Below are positions 47,382 through 56,665 of a DNA stretch of 61,617 bases, one piece after another. The notes beneath the pieces are model-generated. The model had not been told where the DNA came from. It ran no database searches and saw only the letters and a list, made by a program, of their open reading frames with translations. Source of the DNA: a virus (lineage: Duplodnaviria > Caudoviricetes). The position numbers and the translations under genes are program-made. The stretch covers positions 1 through 61,617 of the IMG/VR virus record IMGVR_UViG_3300037755_000275, one strand, 5' to 3'. Each line of letters begins with the position of its first letter. Position 1 is the first letter of the stretch.

Positions 47382-49684
47382 TACCTGTAAGCCGCCCGCC
47401 AACCATTTTTGATGCTCTTTTCCAACCGCGCCTTATGGGCACTGGCGCTGGAGTATCCACGTTTCTTGAGTCGTGATACAGCCTTCCTTGCAGAGGCTAC
47501 GGTGTTGCCAACCCACGCGATGTTGTTGAACCCCGTGGTTGCATAAACTACGTAGCCTTCCCGGTAATCCAGTACTCCGGGATTAGACCGTCGCCTCCCC
47601 TTCCGTGCCATCCCCGCCATTCTCTTAGCCCCATACTTGCGTCTGCCGATTGATGTACACAGACCACCAGGACTACGCACCCCACGGCGCTTCATGGTGG
47701 ATACACATTTGCGGAACCTGGAACCGGTGCCCAGCTTGCCTTTACCAAATGACGGGTTGGCTTTATACCCACGTTCAATTTGCTTGTATCCCACAAAGCG
47801 ATTACCATCCCACCGATGGATAGAGGCTTCCCCTTGTTTTTGTGCTACTGCTTCCGCCTTACTCAAGGCAGCACGTAGCGTGGCATGGTAGGAATGCTCT
47901 CCGCGCCCACGCCCGTTGAACACCATGTACTTTTTTATTGGATTGGATGACCGTGACGGGTTACTCACCCTGCGAAACTGTTTCCGCCACCCACGCTTGA
48001 ACCCGGCCGGTAGCTTGGCCTCAAACCCCTTGACTGCCTTGTGACCAGCAGCCAACAGCTTTTTCATGGCCTTCTGGGCTTCAGTGGCAAGACGACCAAC
48101 CCAGGCCACGGAGTTGCCGACCTGGACCACGTAGCCTTTGCGTGGGTTGTTGACACGGGTATGGGGGTTGGTCCGCCGACGCAGCACGGACGCGGCATTG
48201 CGGCGTCGTGAATTTGGCCTGGCAACCTTGGACCCATATTTGTATGCACTGCCACCAATCTCAGCCAACCCATCTGCTGCACCTACCCGCCAGTTGGCCA
48301 AGTAACTCCGTTGCAGCTCAGTACGCATACTTGGAATCAGATTCCTGTAGGAACCAAACTCCCTTTTAATGGCCGTCTCAATTTGTGACTGGGATGGTGC
48401 CTGTCTCTTGCCACCACGTTTGCCTACCTTGAACCCAGCACGATAGGCTACGGTGCTGAGGGCTTCATAGGAGGGATTGCGTAACCTCCCACCCTTGGCC
48501 ACACTCCTGGTCCCAATCCCTGCATCCCGTCCCCGGCCACGTGGATTCTTGGCACCAGTTGGGTTTATCCACGACTTGGCTTGTCTGAGCGTGTCTGTCT
48601 GCCACACCAACTTTGACTGGTAATACACGTCATAGGAGGTTCGGACACGGCCATCGCCACTACGTCCCCTCTTTTTGACAATCACAAATCCCATGTAGGG
48701 GATACGAGTTGGATTCATCACCCGTGCCCCTACCGACCGTCCAATACGGCCGGCCACGGCCCTGGCGCTGGGTCCGGCTACAGTGCGGCGTGGACGTACA
48801 CCCGGATTGCGTTTCCTGGGACTTGACCCAGTACCGATTACTACCCGCACCCTGTCATCACCGGAACGCCCTTCTTGCCTGTTGATGATGTTGGCCGTTT
48901 CTTCTGCTTCCTTCCTGGACGTGTACCGATACATTGAGCCATGCTTCCGATAACCAATCGGCTCAGGTCCGGGAGTACGCATCTTGCCTTCAGCGACCCA
49001 GTAGTAGGTTGGCCCCTTGCCGGGATTCCTACCCCGAATAATCCTGGGCCTGTCCTTCTTCGGCGGCGTCGGCGGCTTTTTGGTCCTGGGCGGAATCCAC
49101 GCCCGTCTTGCAGCAAGTACCCCGCCGGCTTTTGGCAACCCATACCCGTACCCTGGACCCGTGGCCGTGGCCGTACCGACCGTGAATATCGGGTTCTGTC
49201 TCCCACGCCCTGTAACCCGACTTGCCTTCTTGAACTGTTCCCGCCACCCGACAACCGGCACCTTGCCGCTGACCGGGTTAGGCCCAACCTTTTTAATCAT
49301 GCAAATGCCGAACCCGGCGCGTTTGAGTTTGGTCTTGGCCTTGGTCGTGTCAGGTTTGGAGGCAGAGACGTAGGCCAGGGTGCCTTTGCAGTAGACACCC
49401 CATTTGTGACCGGCGCGGGACTTGGATCGTGGGTTGGTGCGTCGTGTCATGGTGCGCCTACCTCGTGGGTTTCTTTTCTTGGGCAACTTACCACCAAGTT
49501 CGATCACGGTTTGTTCAATGGCTGACTTCCACGCCGGGTGGATCGTAGTACGCAATTGTCCAATCGTTGGTGACCCCGGATAGCTTGCTGAAATTCTGAT
49601 TGAGTCGTTGTACCCACGGCGCTCTGCCAACTTTATTAGTTGGTTCTGAATCTTCCGAAGGTATGTGCGTTCGGCGTCCGTCAC
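47381..49684 (-). CDS. NP-punctuated, highly basic polyprotein-like protein (767 aa)
   Basis: GTG start overlaps the upstream TGA at 49681-49684. 16 Asn-Pro dipeptides, mostly after K/R runs. Confidence 0.75.
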   Translation of the reverse strand: MTDAERTYLRKIQNQLIKLAERRGYNDSIRISASYPGSPTIGQLRTTIHPAWKSAIEQTVIELGGKLPKKRNPRGRRTMTRRTNPRSKSRAGHKWGVYCKGTLAYVSASKPDTTKAKTKLKRAGFGICMIKKVGPNPVSGKVPVVGWREQFKKASRVTGRGRQNPIFTVGTATATGPGYGYGLPKAGGVLAARRAWIPPRTKKPPTPPKKDRPRIIRGRNPGKGPTYYWVAEGKMRTPGPEPIGYRKHGSMYRYTSRKEAEETANIINRQEGRSGDDRVRVVIGTGSSPRKRNPGVRPRRTVAGPSARAVAGRIGRSVGARVMNPTRIPYMGFVIVKKRGRSGDGRVRTSYDVYYQSKLVWQTDTLRQAKSWINPTGAKNPRGRGRDAGIGTRSVAKGGRLRNPSYEALSTVAYRAGFKVGKRGGKRQAPSQSQIETAIKREFGSYRNLIPSMRTELQRSYLANWRVGAADGLAEIGGSAYKYGSKVARPNSRRRNAASVLRRRTNPHTRVNNPRKGYVVQVGNSVAWVGRLATEAQKAMKKLLAAGHKAVKGFEAKLPAGFKRGWRKQFRRVSNPSRSSNPIKKYMVFNGRGRGEHSYHATLRAALSKAEAVAQKQGEASIHRWDGNRFVGYKQIERGYKANPSFGKGKLGTGSRFRKCVSTMKRRGVRSPGGLCTSIGRRKYGAKRMAGMARKGRRRSNPGVLDYREGYVVYATTGFNNIAWVGNTVASARKAVSRLKKRGYSSASAHKARLEKSIKNGWRAAYR

Positions 49685-50331
49685 CGTTTCCCCCGATAGG
49701 TCCCACCACCGACGCCACCACTGAACGCAATCGCCAGCAGGATCATCCCCGCTGCCAGTACCGCAAACTGTCCACCTGCGCTGGAAGGCAACATGCTTTT
49801 CAACTGTTCCGGCAGATACTCCTCCAGTCCGGCCATGGACACGGGAGCACCACCGGGAGCACTGGGCCTCGATACTTGCGCCAGGTACATGGACTACTTC
49901 CTCCGGGACATGGCCATGAATACCAGCACGCCAACCCCGACCAGGGCCACGGTCCCAACTGAGAACCCGGTGGCAAAACCTTCCGGCGTGGCTACCCCAT
50001 ACTGCTGCGACGACAATGAACCCGGAATGATGGGCAACGACGGCTGCGTACCTTCCGGCTGCTGGTAGTAGATGGTCCCCTGCGGCGTTGTCTGCACCAC
50101 GGTCCCAGGTCCATACTTGAACCGCGTGCTGACTGTCTCCACGCCAGTCTTGATGAGATCCTGCCACCAGGTCTGGCCCATGCCACGGGATGCCAGGTAG
50201 CCACGTAGGCCGCCGGATGGTTCATGTCCGCCGGGGACACTCATCGTGCCCTCTAGCGACTGTGCCGAGAATGCACGCCGGATGCGCTGAGCCTGATTGC
50301 CTACCGTGTAGCGGCCAACGACAGCGGCCAT
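49681..50331 (-). CDS. Two C-terminally anchored membrane proteins (49681-49890 and 49894-50331)
   Basis: FAVLAAGMILLAIAF; RGMGQ...VALVGVGVLVFMAMSRRK. Confidence 0.7.
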
Positions 50332-50333
50332 GG

Positions 50334-51029
50334 TCAGATCCCCCCTCTTGCCCACAGGTACATCAGCAGCACGACGCCGACTACGGTCCCAACTCCCATG
50401 CCACCAATTGGCCACTCCTGTATCCGGGTATAGGGCGCGTGTTCCCACCCTGGATGTGGGCCATGACTCGTGTCCACCGCGATCCGTTCCCCCTCATTGG
50501 TGTAGGCGGCAACGTAGACGTGGGAGAACTTACCCACCTCAACCCTGTCCGCCGCGATGGTCACGAACGCGGTACGGATACCCAGCGCCGTCAACAGTGC
50601 TGCCGTATACATGGAGAAGTCGTCGCAGTCGCCCAACCGGCTGCATTGGCGGCCATCACCGCACATGGCGGCCATTTGTTTTGGCCGAACCAGCACTTCA
50701 ATGATGGGGACACTGCCGGGAGTTTCCATCCACGAGGACAGCCGCTCGTCGCCCACGAATGACAGCCGGCGCTTCACGTAGCGGAATACGCGGTCCACGA
50801 TCTCACGCTGTGGGATGTGGCCGTAGTCGATAGTACCTACAGCCTCGTGGGCATCCCTGCGGATCTCAAGTGACTGGGCATCCTCCACCACGTACTGCCG
50901 CATTAAATCTATGGTGGCGGCAACCTGGCCGTCCGCGTCATCCGGGACGTAGCTCTCCTGCGTAGGTAGGACTCGACCGAAGGCTGGATGGTAGAGGGCC
51001 TGCATCCTGCGGGCTAGGCCCCCTCCCAT
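50334..51029 (-). CDS. Transglutaminase-like cysteine protease with C-terminal TM
   Basis: Catalytic Cys-His-Asp motifs GDCDDFS, FSHVY, AVDTS. First gene of the virion operon. Confidence 0.85.
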   Translation of the reverse strand: MGGGLARRMQALYHPAFGRVLPTQESYVPDDADGQVAATIDLMRQYVVEDAQSLEIRRDAHEAVGTIDYGHIPQREIVDRVFRYVKRRLSFVGDERLSSWMETPGSVPIIEVLVRPKQMAAMCGDGRQCSRLGDCDDFSMYTAALLTALGIRTAFVTIAADRVEVGKFSHVYVAAYTNEGERIAVDTSHGPHPGWEHAPYTRIQEWPIGGMGVGTVVGVVLLMYLWARGGI

Positions 51030-51248
51030 GGGTCAAGGCCAGATCCCTCCAGGGGAAACGCGCCTGGTACGCGGCCCCCCGCCGGCCTCAACCCACTACC
51101 TGGAACACACTGATGGACCATTCGACCCTGACACTGACAGAGGCCAAAGGTTGCAGTCAATATCTACTAGTGTTATATATATGTCCATACGTGCCTGTTG
51201 AACAACGTAGCCTGTACGGTCTGTTGCATACCATATGAAAGGACCACA

Positions 51249-53237
51249 ATGGCTGCAAAAAAGACCCCCACAGCTCGTGGCAAAGTCAAAAAAACCAAGC
51301 TGACAGGGCCACCTCGGAAGCCTGCAAAGTACCTGCGGACGGTTCGGGCGGGCGGAAACGCCCCAGACGATGATTCTGAGGGCCTGGAGCTGGAACTAGG
51401 CCCAGAGTTGGTGTCCGACGACCCGGTTGACGATCCTGGGGCCGGACCAAGCGATGATTTTGAGGATCTGCCGCAGGAACCGCGCCGCCGGATGCCCCCT
51501 GCCCCACCCCGTGGCAGACGACTACCGACCATCTTCCCCAACCCAGGCGGATTCAAACTCTCCTGGGACAAATTCCACCGCTACTGGGAGCAGTGCCACC
51601 AGAACCCAGAGCTACGGCCCCGCCTCAAGGTCTACGGTTACCGCACCTTCCCCGTGATGCTGGAAGACAACCGCCGGGTATTCATCGGTGTCCACGATCC
51701 GTCCGAAGACCCGGCCGCCGGGGAGATCCCCAACAAGCCGCTGACCATAGACGACGTGGCCCGCATGTTTGGGTCCGGCGACTACCATTTCAAGATCAAC
51801 GACCGTGGGGCCAACAACCAACCTATCTGCAACTGCAATCTGCTGGGACGCGGCCCGCTTGCCGATTTCAACACCTATCCGCCTATTCTGGACATCGGGG
51901 TAATCGACCCGGCCCACCCGTCCAACGCGACTTACATCAAACAGATGAAGGCCAAGAAAAACTGGGGTTCTGAGGAGGAGGAAAAAAAGACCATGGAACA
52001 GGTAGACAAGCTGCTGGACCGGCTGGACAGGGCCAACGAGCGCCTGTACAAGTCACGGGAGCATGACCGCTCCTCCAGTGATGAGGGACGGGCGGCCGAG
52101 GTGGTAGCCCATGGGGCCAAACGTGCGCTGGACCTGGTAGCCGACGCCGCCAGCCGCACCTCCGGGGGCGGTGATAGTGGTATCCAGACCTTTGTAGGCG
52201 TGGCTACGGCGTTGGCCGAACTGCTCAAGTCCACCAAGGGTGAACCTGGACAACTAGAAACAATCATGGCCGTGTATCAAAAGGCGTCGGACGCCGAACG
52301 CCAAGTGCTCACGGCACAATTGGATATGATGCGTGAGGAGCTGCGGGCGTCACGGGAGGAGCGGAAACAGGACCAGGTGAACCGTAACCCGGCCGTCACT
52401 GGTGAGCCTGATGACCCATTCAAGAACCTGCGTCAGTTGGCGGAACTCCGGGAAATCTTCCAGGACACTTTCCAACCGGGATCACAGCGTTCGTCCAAGT
52501 TCAACTGGTTTGAGGCACTAGCCCCGATGGCTATGCAGGTCATCAGTCCGCTGGCCCAGGCAGCTACTTACTATTTCCAAGCCCAAGCAGCACGGTCCAG
52601 CGGGCAGGCTCCCCCGCCACCGCCGGACATATCCCAACAGCCTGGGATGAACCCGGCCCAACTCCCACAGCCTCAAGGTCAGACTCCCAACCCCCAGGGC
52701 CAGCAGGACTTCCAGCAGTTCATGGCGGAACTGACCCCACGTATCCTGCGCTTCATCAATGACCCAGAACGCAGCGGAGCCGACTTCGCTGACTTCTTCC
52801 TGGACTGGCAGGGTGATGCCACCTATGACCAATTGACCCAGATTGCACCAACGCCGCAGGAATCGGTGGAAGCCGTCCTGATGCAGTTGCGGACCTATGA
52901 GCCCCTGTGGCGGAACTTGGCATCACGGGAGCAGTACGTACGTCAATTCCTGTATGAGTTCCTGACTGCGTTTGACGAAGCCACGGACCAGGAGCCGGCC
53001 CCTGGACCACAAGCCATGCCCAATGGCCACGACCCCATGGCCGGTACAGTGGCCCCCGAATCACAAGTAACTATGGGGTCCAGTGGATCTGTACCAGGCA
53101 CTACGGGACCACCTCCCGGCTGGCAACCCAACCATGAAAGCACCTTTGGGCCGGACGCCACCCCAGCCCCCAGGGCCAGGACCAAGGGGGGCCGTAAAAA
53201 AACTTCCGCCACCCCTTCCAAATCCCGTGGCACATAG
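51249..53237 (+). CDS. Large hypothetical protein (662 aa; coiled coil, Pro/Gln-rich)
   Basis: Start MAAKKTP follows GAAAGGA; divergent from the virion operon. Confidence 0.8.
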   Translation: MAAKKTPTARGKVKKTKLTGPPRKPAKYLRTVRAGGNAPDDDSEGLELELGPELVSDDPVDDPGAGPSDDFEDLPQEPRRRMPPAPPRGRRLPTIFPNPGGFKLSWDKFHRYWEQCHQNPELRPRLKVYGYRTFPVMLEDNRRVFIGVHDPSEDPAAGEIPNKPLTIDDVARMFGSGDYHFKINDRGANNQPICNCNLLGRGPLADFNTYPPILDIGVIDPAHPSNATYIKQMKAKKNWGSEEEEKKTMEQVDKLLDRLDRANERLYKSREHDRSSSDEGRAAEVVAHGAKRALDLVADAASRTSGGGDSGIQTFVGVATALAELLKSTKGEPGQLETIMAVYQKASDAERQVLTAQLDMMREELRASREERKQDQVNRNPAVTGEPDDPFKNLRQLAELREIFQDTFQPGSQRSSKFNWFEALAPMAMQVISPLAQAATYYFQAQAARSSGQAPPPPPDISQQPGMNPAQLPQPQGQTPNPQGQQDFQQFMAELTPRILRFINDPERSGADFADFFLDWQGDATYDQLTQIAPTPQESVEAVLMQLRTYEPLWRNLASREQYVRQFLYEFLTAFDEATDQEPAPGPQAMPNGHDPMAGTVAPESQVTMGSSGSVPGTTGPPPGWQPNHESTFGPDATPAPRARTKGGRKKTSATPSKSRGT

Positions 53238-53301
53238 GCTATACTGTAGGAACTAACCAACCGAACGTACAGCGATTGCACCTCAGCGACACGTAGGGAC
53301 A

Positions 53302-53338
53302 GCGCCCCATGGTAACCACCGTGGGGCGTTCGTCTTTT
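53302..53338 (+). terminator. Rho-independent terminator between convergent genes
   Basis: GCGCCCCATGGT-AACC-ACCGTGGGGCGT followed by TCGTCTTTT. Confidence 0.7.
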
Positions 53339-53343
53339 GGGGA

Positions 53344-53628
53344 TTAAAACTCTGTGGCCGTAGATGTTGGTAGCAGTGGCAGGTTAAACTCGTTACTGTA
53401 CTCACTGTGGAGGCACAGGTCGTGATCGTGGTGGGATATGAGGAAATCGAGACAGCGGCCAATCTGACGGTTGCCTGTCAGGTTAAGGTCAAAGTGTGCT
53501 GCATTGGATAGTGGGACTATGTGATCCCGGAGCAGCCACAGCTCATTCAGCATTTCCTCCCCGTGGTTGGCCTCATGATCGGATACCTCGTCACAGGTCC
53601 TACAACGATAACCCCAGTAGCAACTCAT
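53344..53628 (-). CDS. Hypothetical protein
   Basis: MSCYWGYRCRTC...FLISHHDHDL; GAAAGG RBS. Confidence 0.55.
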   Translation of the reverse strand: MSCYWGYRCRTCDEVSDHEANHGEEMLNELWLLRDHIVPLSNAAHFDLNLTGNRQIGRCLDFLISHHDHDLCLHSEYSNEFNLPLLPTSTATEF

Positions 53629-53713
53629 ATTGAACCTTTCCTGTGGGCTGTTGGACCGTGGCGGGTATGGTCTATTGAACACACCCGGCCACGAATCACT
53701 GCAAGATGGCACT

Positions 53714-54373
53714 CTAGGGATTGGTAATTTCCTCATGCGCCACAGTCATGATGGACGCCGCGCCGGAGCCGGTCCCCCGTAGACCATAACCAAAATGGGT
53801 AGCGGTCAGGAAGTCCGTGGTGAGCTGCGCGTCGACCGTAAGCCATACCTCATTGTCCTGGGAGATGGCAAAGGTACGAACGCCGTTGCCCAGGTCCCGG
53901 ATGCGAAGAAACTTGGGCAGCAGTCCACCCGTCACCAGGGGCTTGTTGTAGGTGAAGTAGGCCCCGGCGTAGGAGGTGGGACTGTTCATTTTCCAACTGG
54001 CAATGGAGGTGTTTCCGGTATCTGACATGCCAATAGAGTAAACAATCAACTTGCCGGATGCGCTGTCATGGAGCACGAAGCCAAGGGATTGGGCATTGTT
54101 CATGAGATGGCCGGTAAGGGCCGTGATGATGGAATAGGGTGCTGTGGGGATGGCCTTGACTACTAGCCCCCAGTTGAAGCCGACGCCGGCCGCGCCGGGA
54201 TGGAACATGGTGAGGGAGCCACTGGCATTCTGGTTGGCGCTATGGGTTCCCTGGTTGACCCAGGAGAAGTCCGTCAAGGTGGGGGGAGTGAGCCCCAGGC
54301 GTGAGTCCGTGGGGAGGACTTGGCCAATGAGGCACGAGGTGATGAGCAGTGACAGTACAATCAGCTTTTTCAT
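53714..54373 (-). CDS. Secreted beta-sandwich (lectin-like) protein
   Basis: MKKLIVLSLLITSCLIG|Q; FLRIRD...FAISQD..W. Confidence 0.65.
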   Translation of the reverse strand: MKKLIVLSLLITSCLIGQVLPTDSRLGLTPPTLTDFSWVNQGTHSANQNASGSLTMFHPGAAGVGFNWGLVVKAIPTAPYSIITALTGHLMNNAQSLGFVLHDSASGKLIVYSIGMSDTGNTSIASWKMNSPTSYAGAYFTYNKPLVTGGLLPKFLRIRDLGNGVRTFAISQDNEVWLTVDAQLTTDFLTATHFGYGLRGTGSGAASIMTVAHEEITNP

Positions 54374-54961
54374 TTTGAGTTGTCCTTTTCTGTTGGTTGG
54401 GTTTGGGGAATGTGGTTTTGATATGGCGGGTAGGCCATGTATAGAGGGGCGCTCAACCTGAAGGTGGAATTGGTCAAGCGCCCCGTGGGGGGAAACTCAA
54501 CGGACCATGAGCCTGGTAGTCTCCATGAACTCAAGCATCTGGCGCAGCAGCTTGTTGGTCTTCCGTAACTCATCCACTATCTCCATGTTGCTGCTGGATA
54601 TCATGACGCCGCCGGCCAAGGAGGCAACGGCCCGCGCCATATCGGGTGACAGCGGATGGGGAGTGCCAGGACCAGCATCAGGAGCATCGACTCCGCTGGC
54701 AGATTCCCCTATCCTCACGTCCGGTCCTGTGTACGCCGGATTCTTTCTACGTTTGGCCATTGTCAATCCCTCCCTTCAATTACCGCGCCACGCCACACCG
54801 ACCTGACGGATGATCTCCAACCAGTCAATGGTGGAGAGCATGACCGCGCCGCCGACGACACAAACAACGATAAGCGTAATTGCCGACACCACCACGAGCG
54901 CCGCATGTAGAAAGACACGGCGCTTGTAATCCTTGCGTATCTCCTGGGGCAGTCTCATAGA

Positions 54962-56023
54962 TTACTCCACCAACGCCCCGTACTTCATCAGCCGCCGGCA
55001 CATGGTCTTGTTCGTACCCTTGCCGCCCAACCAGGCCAGGAATTGCTTGCCCAGCTCCACGGTCTGGCCTTCCTTGTCCTGTTCGGCCATCGTGGGGTTG
55101 GTCTCAACCAAGTTGGCCAACTGGGTAAAGAACACCTGGACTTCCTTGCGGCTCCGGCCCCGTTCCTCAGACGGCGTGCGGCCCTTTTTGGGTTTGGCAG
55201 TCTTCCCCTTACCACCTTTGGCCTTACCAGCCTTGGGGGCCTTTTCCGCCGCTTCCCGCCGTGCCTCTGACACTGCCTCCCTGGTCACACGGCCACCTTT
55301 GGCCTTGGCAGCCTTGACCACTTCCTCCCGCGTCTCCTCATCGGCGCTGGCCAGCTCATAGGCAGCAGCCACCCCGATCTCCCCGCTGTGAATCTTCTTC
55401 TGGATATCCGCCGGCAGAGTCAGCAGCTTCAACGTCTGTGAGATCCAGGACGCCGACCGGGGCTTGCCGCCCTTGCCATAGAGTTTGCCTACTTCCTCAC
55501 GGGACTTGCCAAACTCCGTGGTGAGCCGGTCAATGTTGTAGGCGTCATCAATGGGGGTGGTCGATTGGCGCTGGATGTTCTCCAACACGTTCTTGGTGTA
55601 GGCGGCGTCATCGTCGCCCTTGACCAGGATACAGTCAATCAGGAAGGACTCACCACTTTTGGCCAAGCCCATTTCCTCGATCTCCAGGGCCGCCGCATGT
55701 CGCCGGAACCCATAGGCCACGGCCACGCCGTCCTTGGTCTGCCGTACCCCGATGGGCTGAAGCTGTCCCACGTCCGGGTTGAGGAAATCCCGGATCAGGT
55801 CCTTGGTGTCAGTAGATCCATACTTGCGCCCGTTCATTTCCTTGGGTACTAAAATGGCGCTTGGGGGTAGCCGGTAGACATTCCCCTTGGATACGGCGGC
55901 GCTGGTGATCGTCAGCACCTTGGGGCTGTCCGGCGGCTTGGGTCCGCGTCTGGACTTCAGGGCCTTGGGTGGTGCCACGGATTCCGTGGCGGGGGTCGTG
56001 GATTCGGTTTCAGGCATCGTCAT
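54962..56023 (-). CDS. ParB/Spo0J-like protein with HTH
   Basis: GQLQPIGVR, AYGFRRHAA, ENIQRQ..TPID, SASWISQTLKLLTLP. Confidence 0.88.
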   Translation of the reverse strand: MTMPETESTTPATESVAPPKALKSRRGPKPPDSPKVLTITSAAVSKGNVYRLPPSAILVPKEMNGRKYGSTDTKDLIRDFLNPDVGQLQPIGVRQTKDGVAVAYGFRRHAAALEIEEMGLAKSGESFLIDCILVKGDDDAAYTKNVLENIQRQSTTPIDDAYNIDRLTTEFGKSREEVGKLYGKGGKPRSASWISQTLKLLTLPADIQKKIHSGEIGVAAAYELASADEETREEVVKAAKAKGGRVTREAVSEARREAAEKAPKAGKAKGGKGKTAKPKKGRTPSEERGRSRKEVQVFFTQLANLVETNPTMAEQDKEGQTVELGKQFLAWLGGKGTNKTMCRRLMKYGALVE

Positions 56024-56240
56024 TTTTCCTTTTCTATGGTTAAAATGGTTCATGTGGTCAGGGGTTGGTTAGGCTGCCCCTTCCAACAGGTCATAGAGGC
56101 CACGCTGGCCATGGGGCAGGGAATGGTCAAAGAAACAGGCACGGCAGCGCCCGTCAATGTCGGATAGGCGGCGGGTGCCACCTAGAGGTTGGCCACAGTC
56201 GATACAGGTTACGTGATCCGTGGCATGGTCCGTGGGGCAG

Positions 56241-56594
56241 TCAGTCCTCGTCGGGGTCGTCGGAGTCGCTGTCAGAGTCATCCCCAGCGTCGTCATCGTC
56301 TGAGTCGGCCGCACTGCCGGACAGGGTACCTTCGTCGGGTCCATCACCTTCCTCCATCTCGTCTGCTACTTCGTCGTATTCGTCAAAGCCGCATTTGACC
56401 ATGCGGCCCTTGAAAACCCAGTCGTCGCCCAGGAGAGATATGCGGTCCCCGGCATCGGTTTCCTCAACCAGGGCAATGTAGGTATTGCCGCCGGATTCGA
56501 TGATAACCGGATCGCCATATTCGGCTGGGTCGGATTCGTCGGAACCGTTGGCCAGGGTGTATTCGTCAACGCCAAAGGATAGGGTTAGTGCCAT
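56241..56594 (-). CDS. Highly acidic protein
   Basis: Asp/Glu-rich, with a DSDDDD tail; possible DNA mimic (inference). Confidence 0.55.
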   Translation of the reverse strand: MALTLSFGVDEYTLANGSDESDPAEYGDPVIIESGGNTYIALVEETDAGDRISLLGDDWVFKGRMVKCGFDEYDEVADEMEEGDGPDEGTLSGSAADSDDDDAGDDSDSDSDDPDED

Positions 56595-56665
56595 GGGGTT
56601 TTGGGTCCTCTCTAGCTGTGTCAAGAATAGCCCGGATCAAGGGATGGGCGCAAGGGGTTTGGGTG

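Noticed and set aside
47381-49684. NP motifs as 2A-like ribosomal skipping sites
   Set aside because: There is no D(V/I)ExNPGP consensus, and 2A skipping is not known to work on bacterial ribosomes.
49685-50167. N-terminal 161 aa of the 928-aa ORF
   Set aside because: It overlaps two convincing membrane-protein genes. A GTG start coupled to the upstream TGA at 49684 is more plausible.
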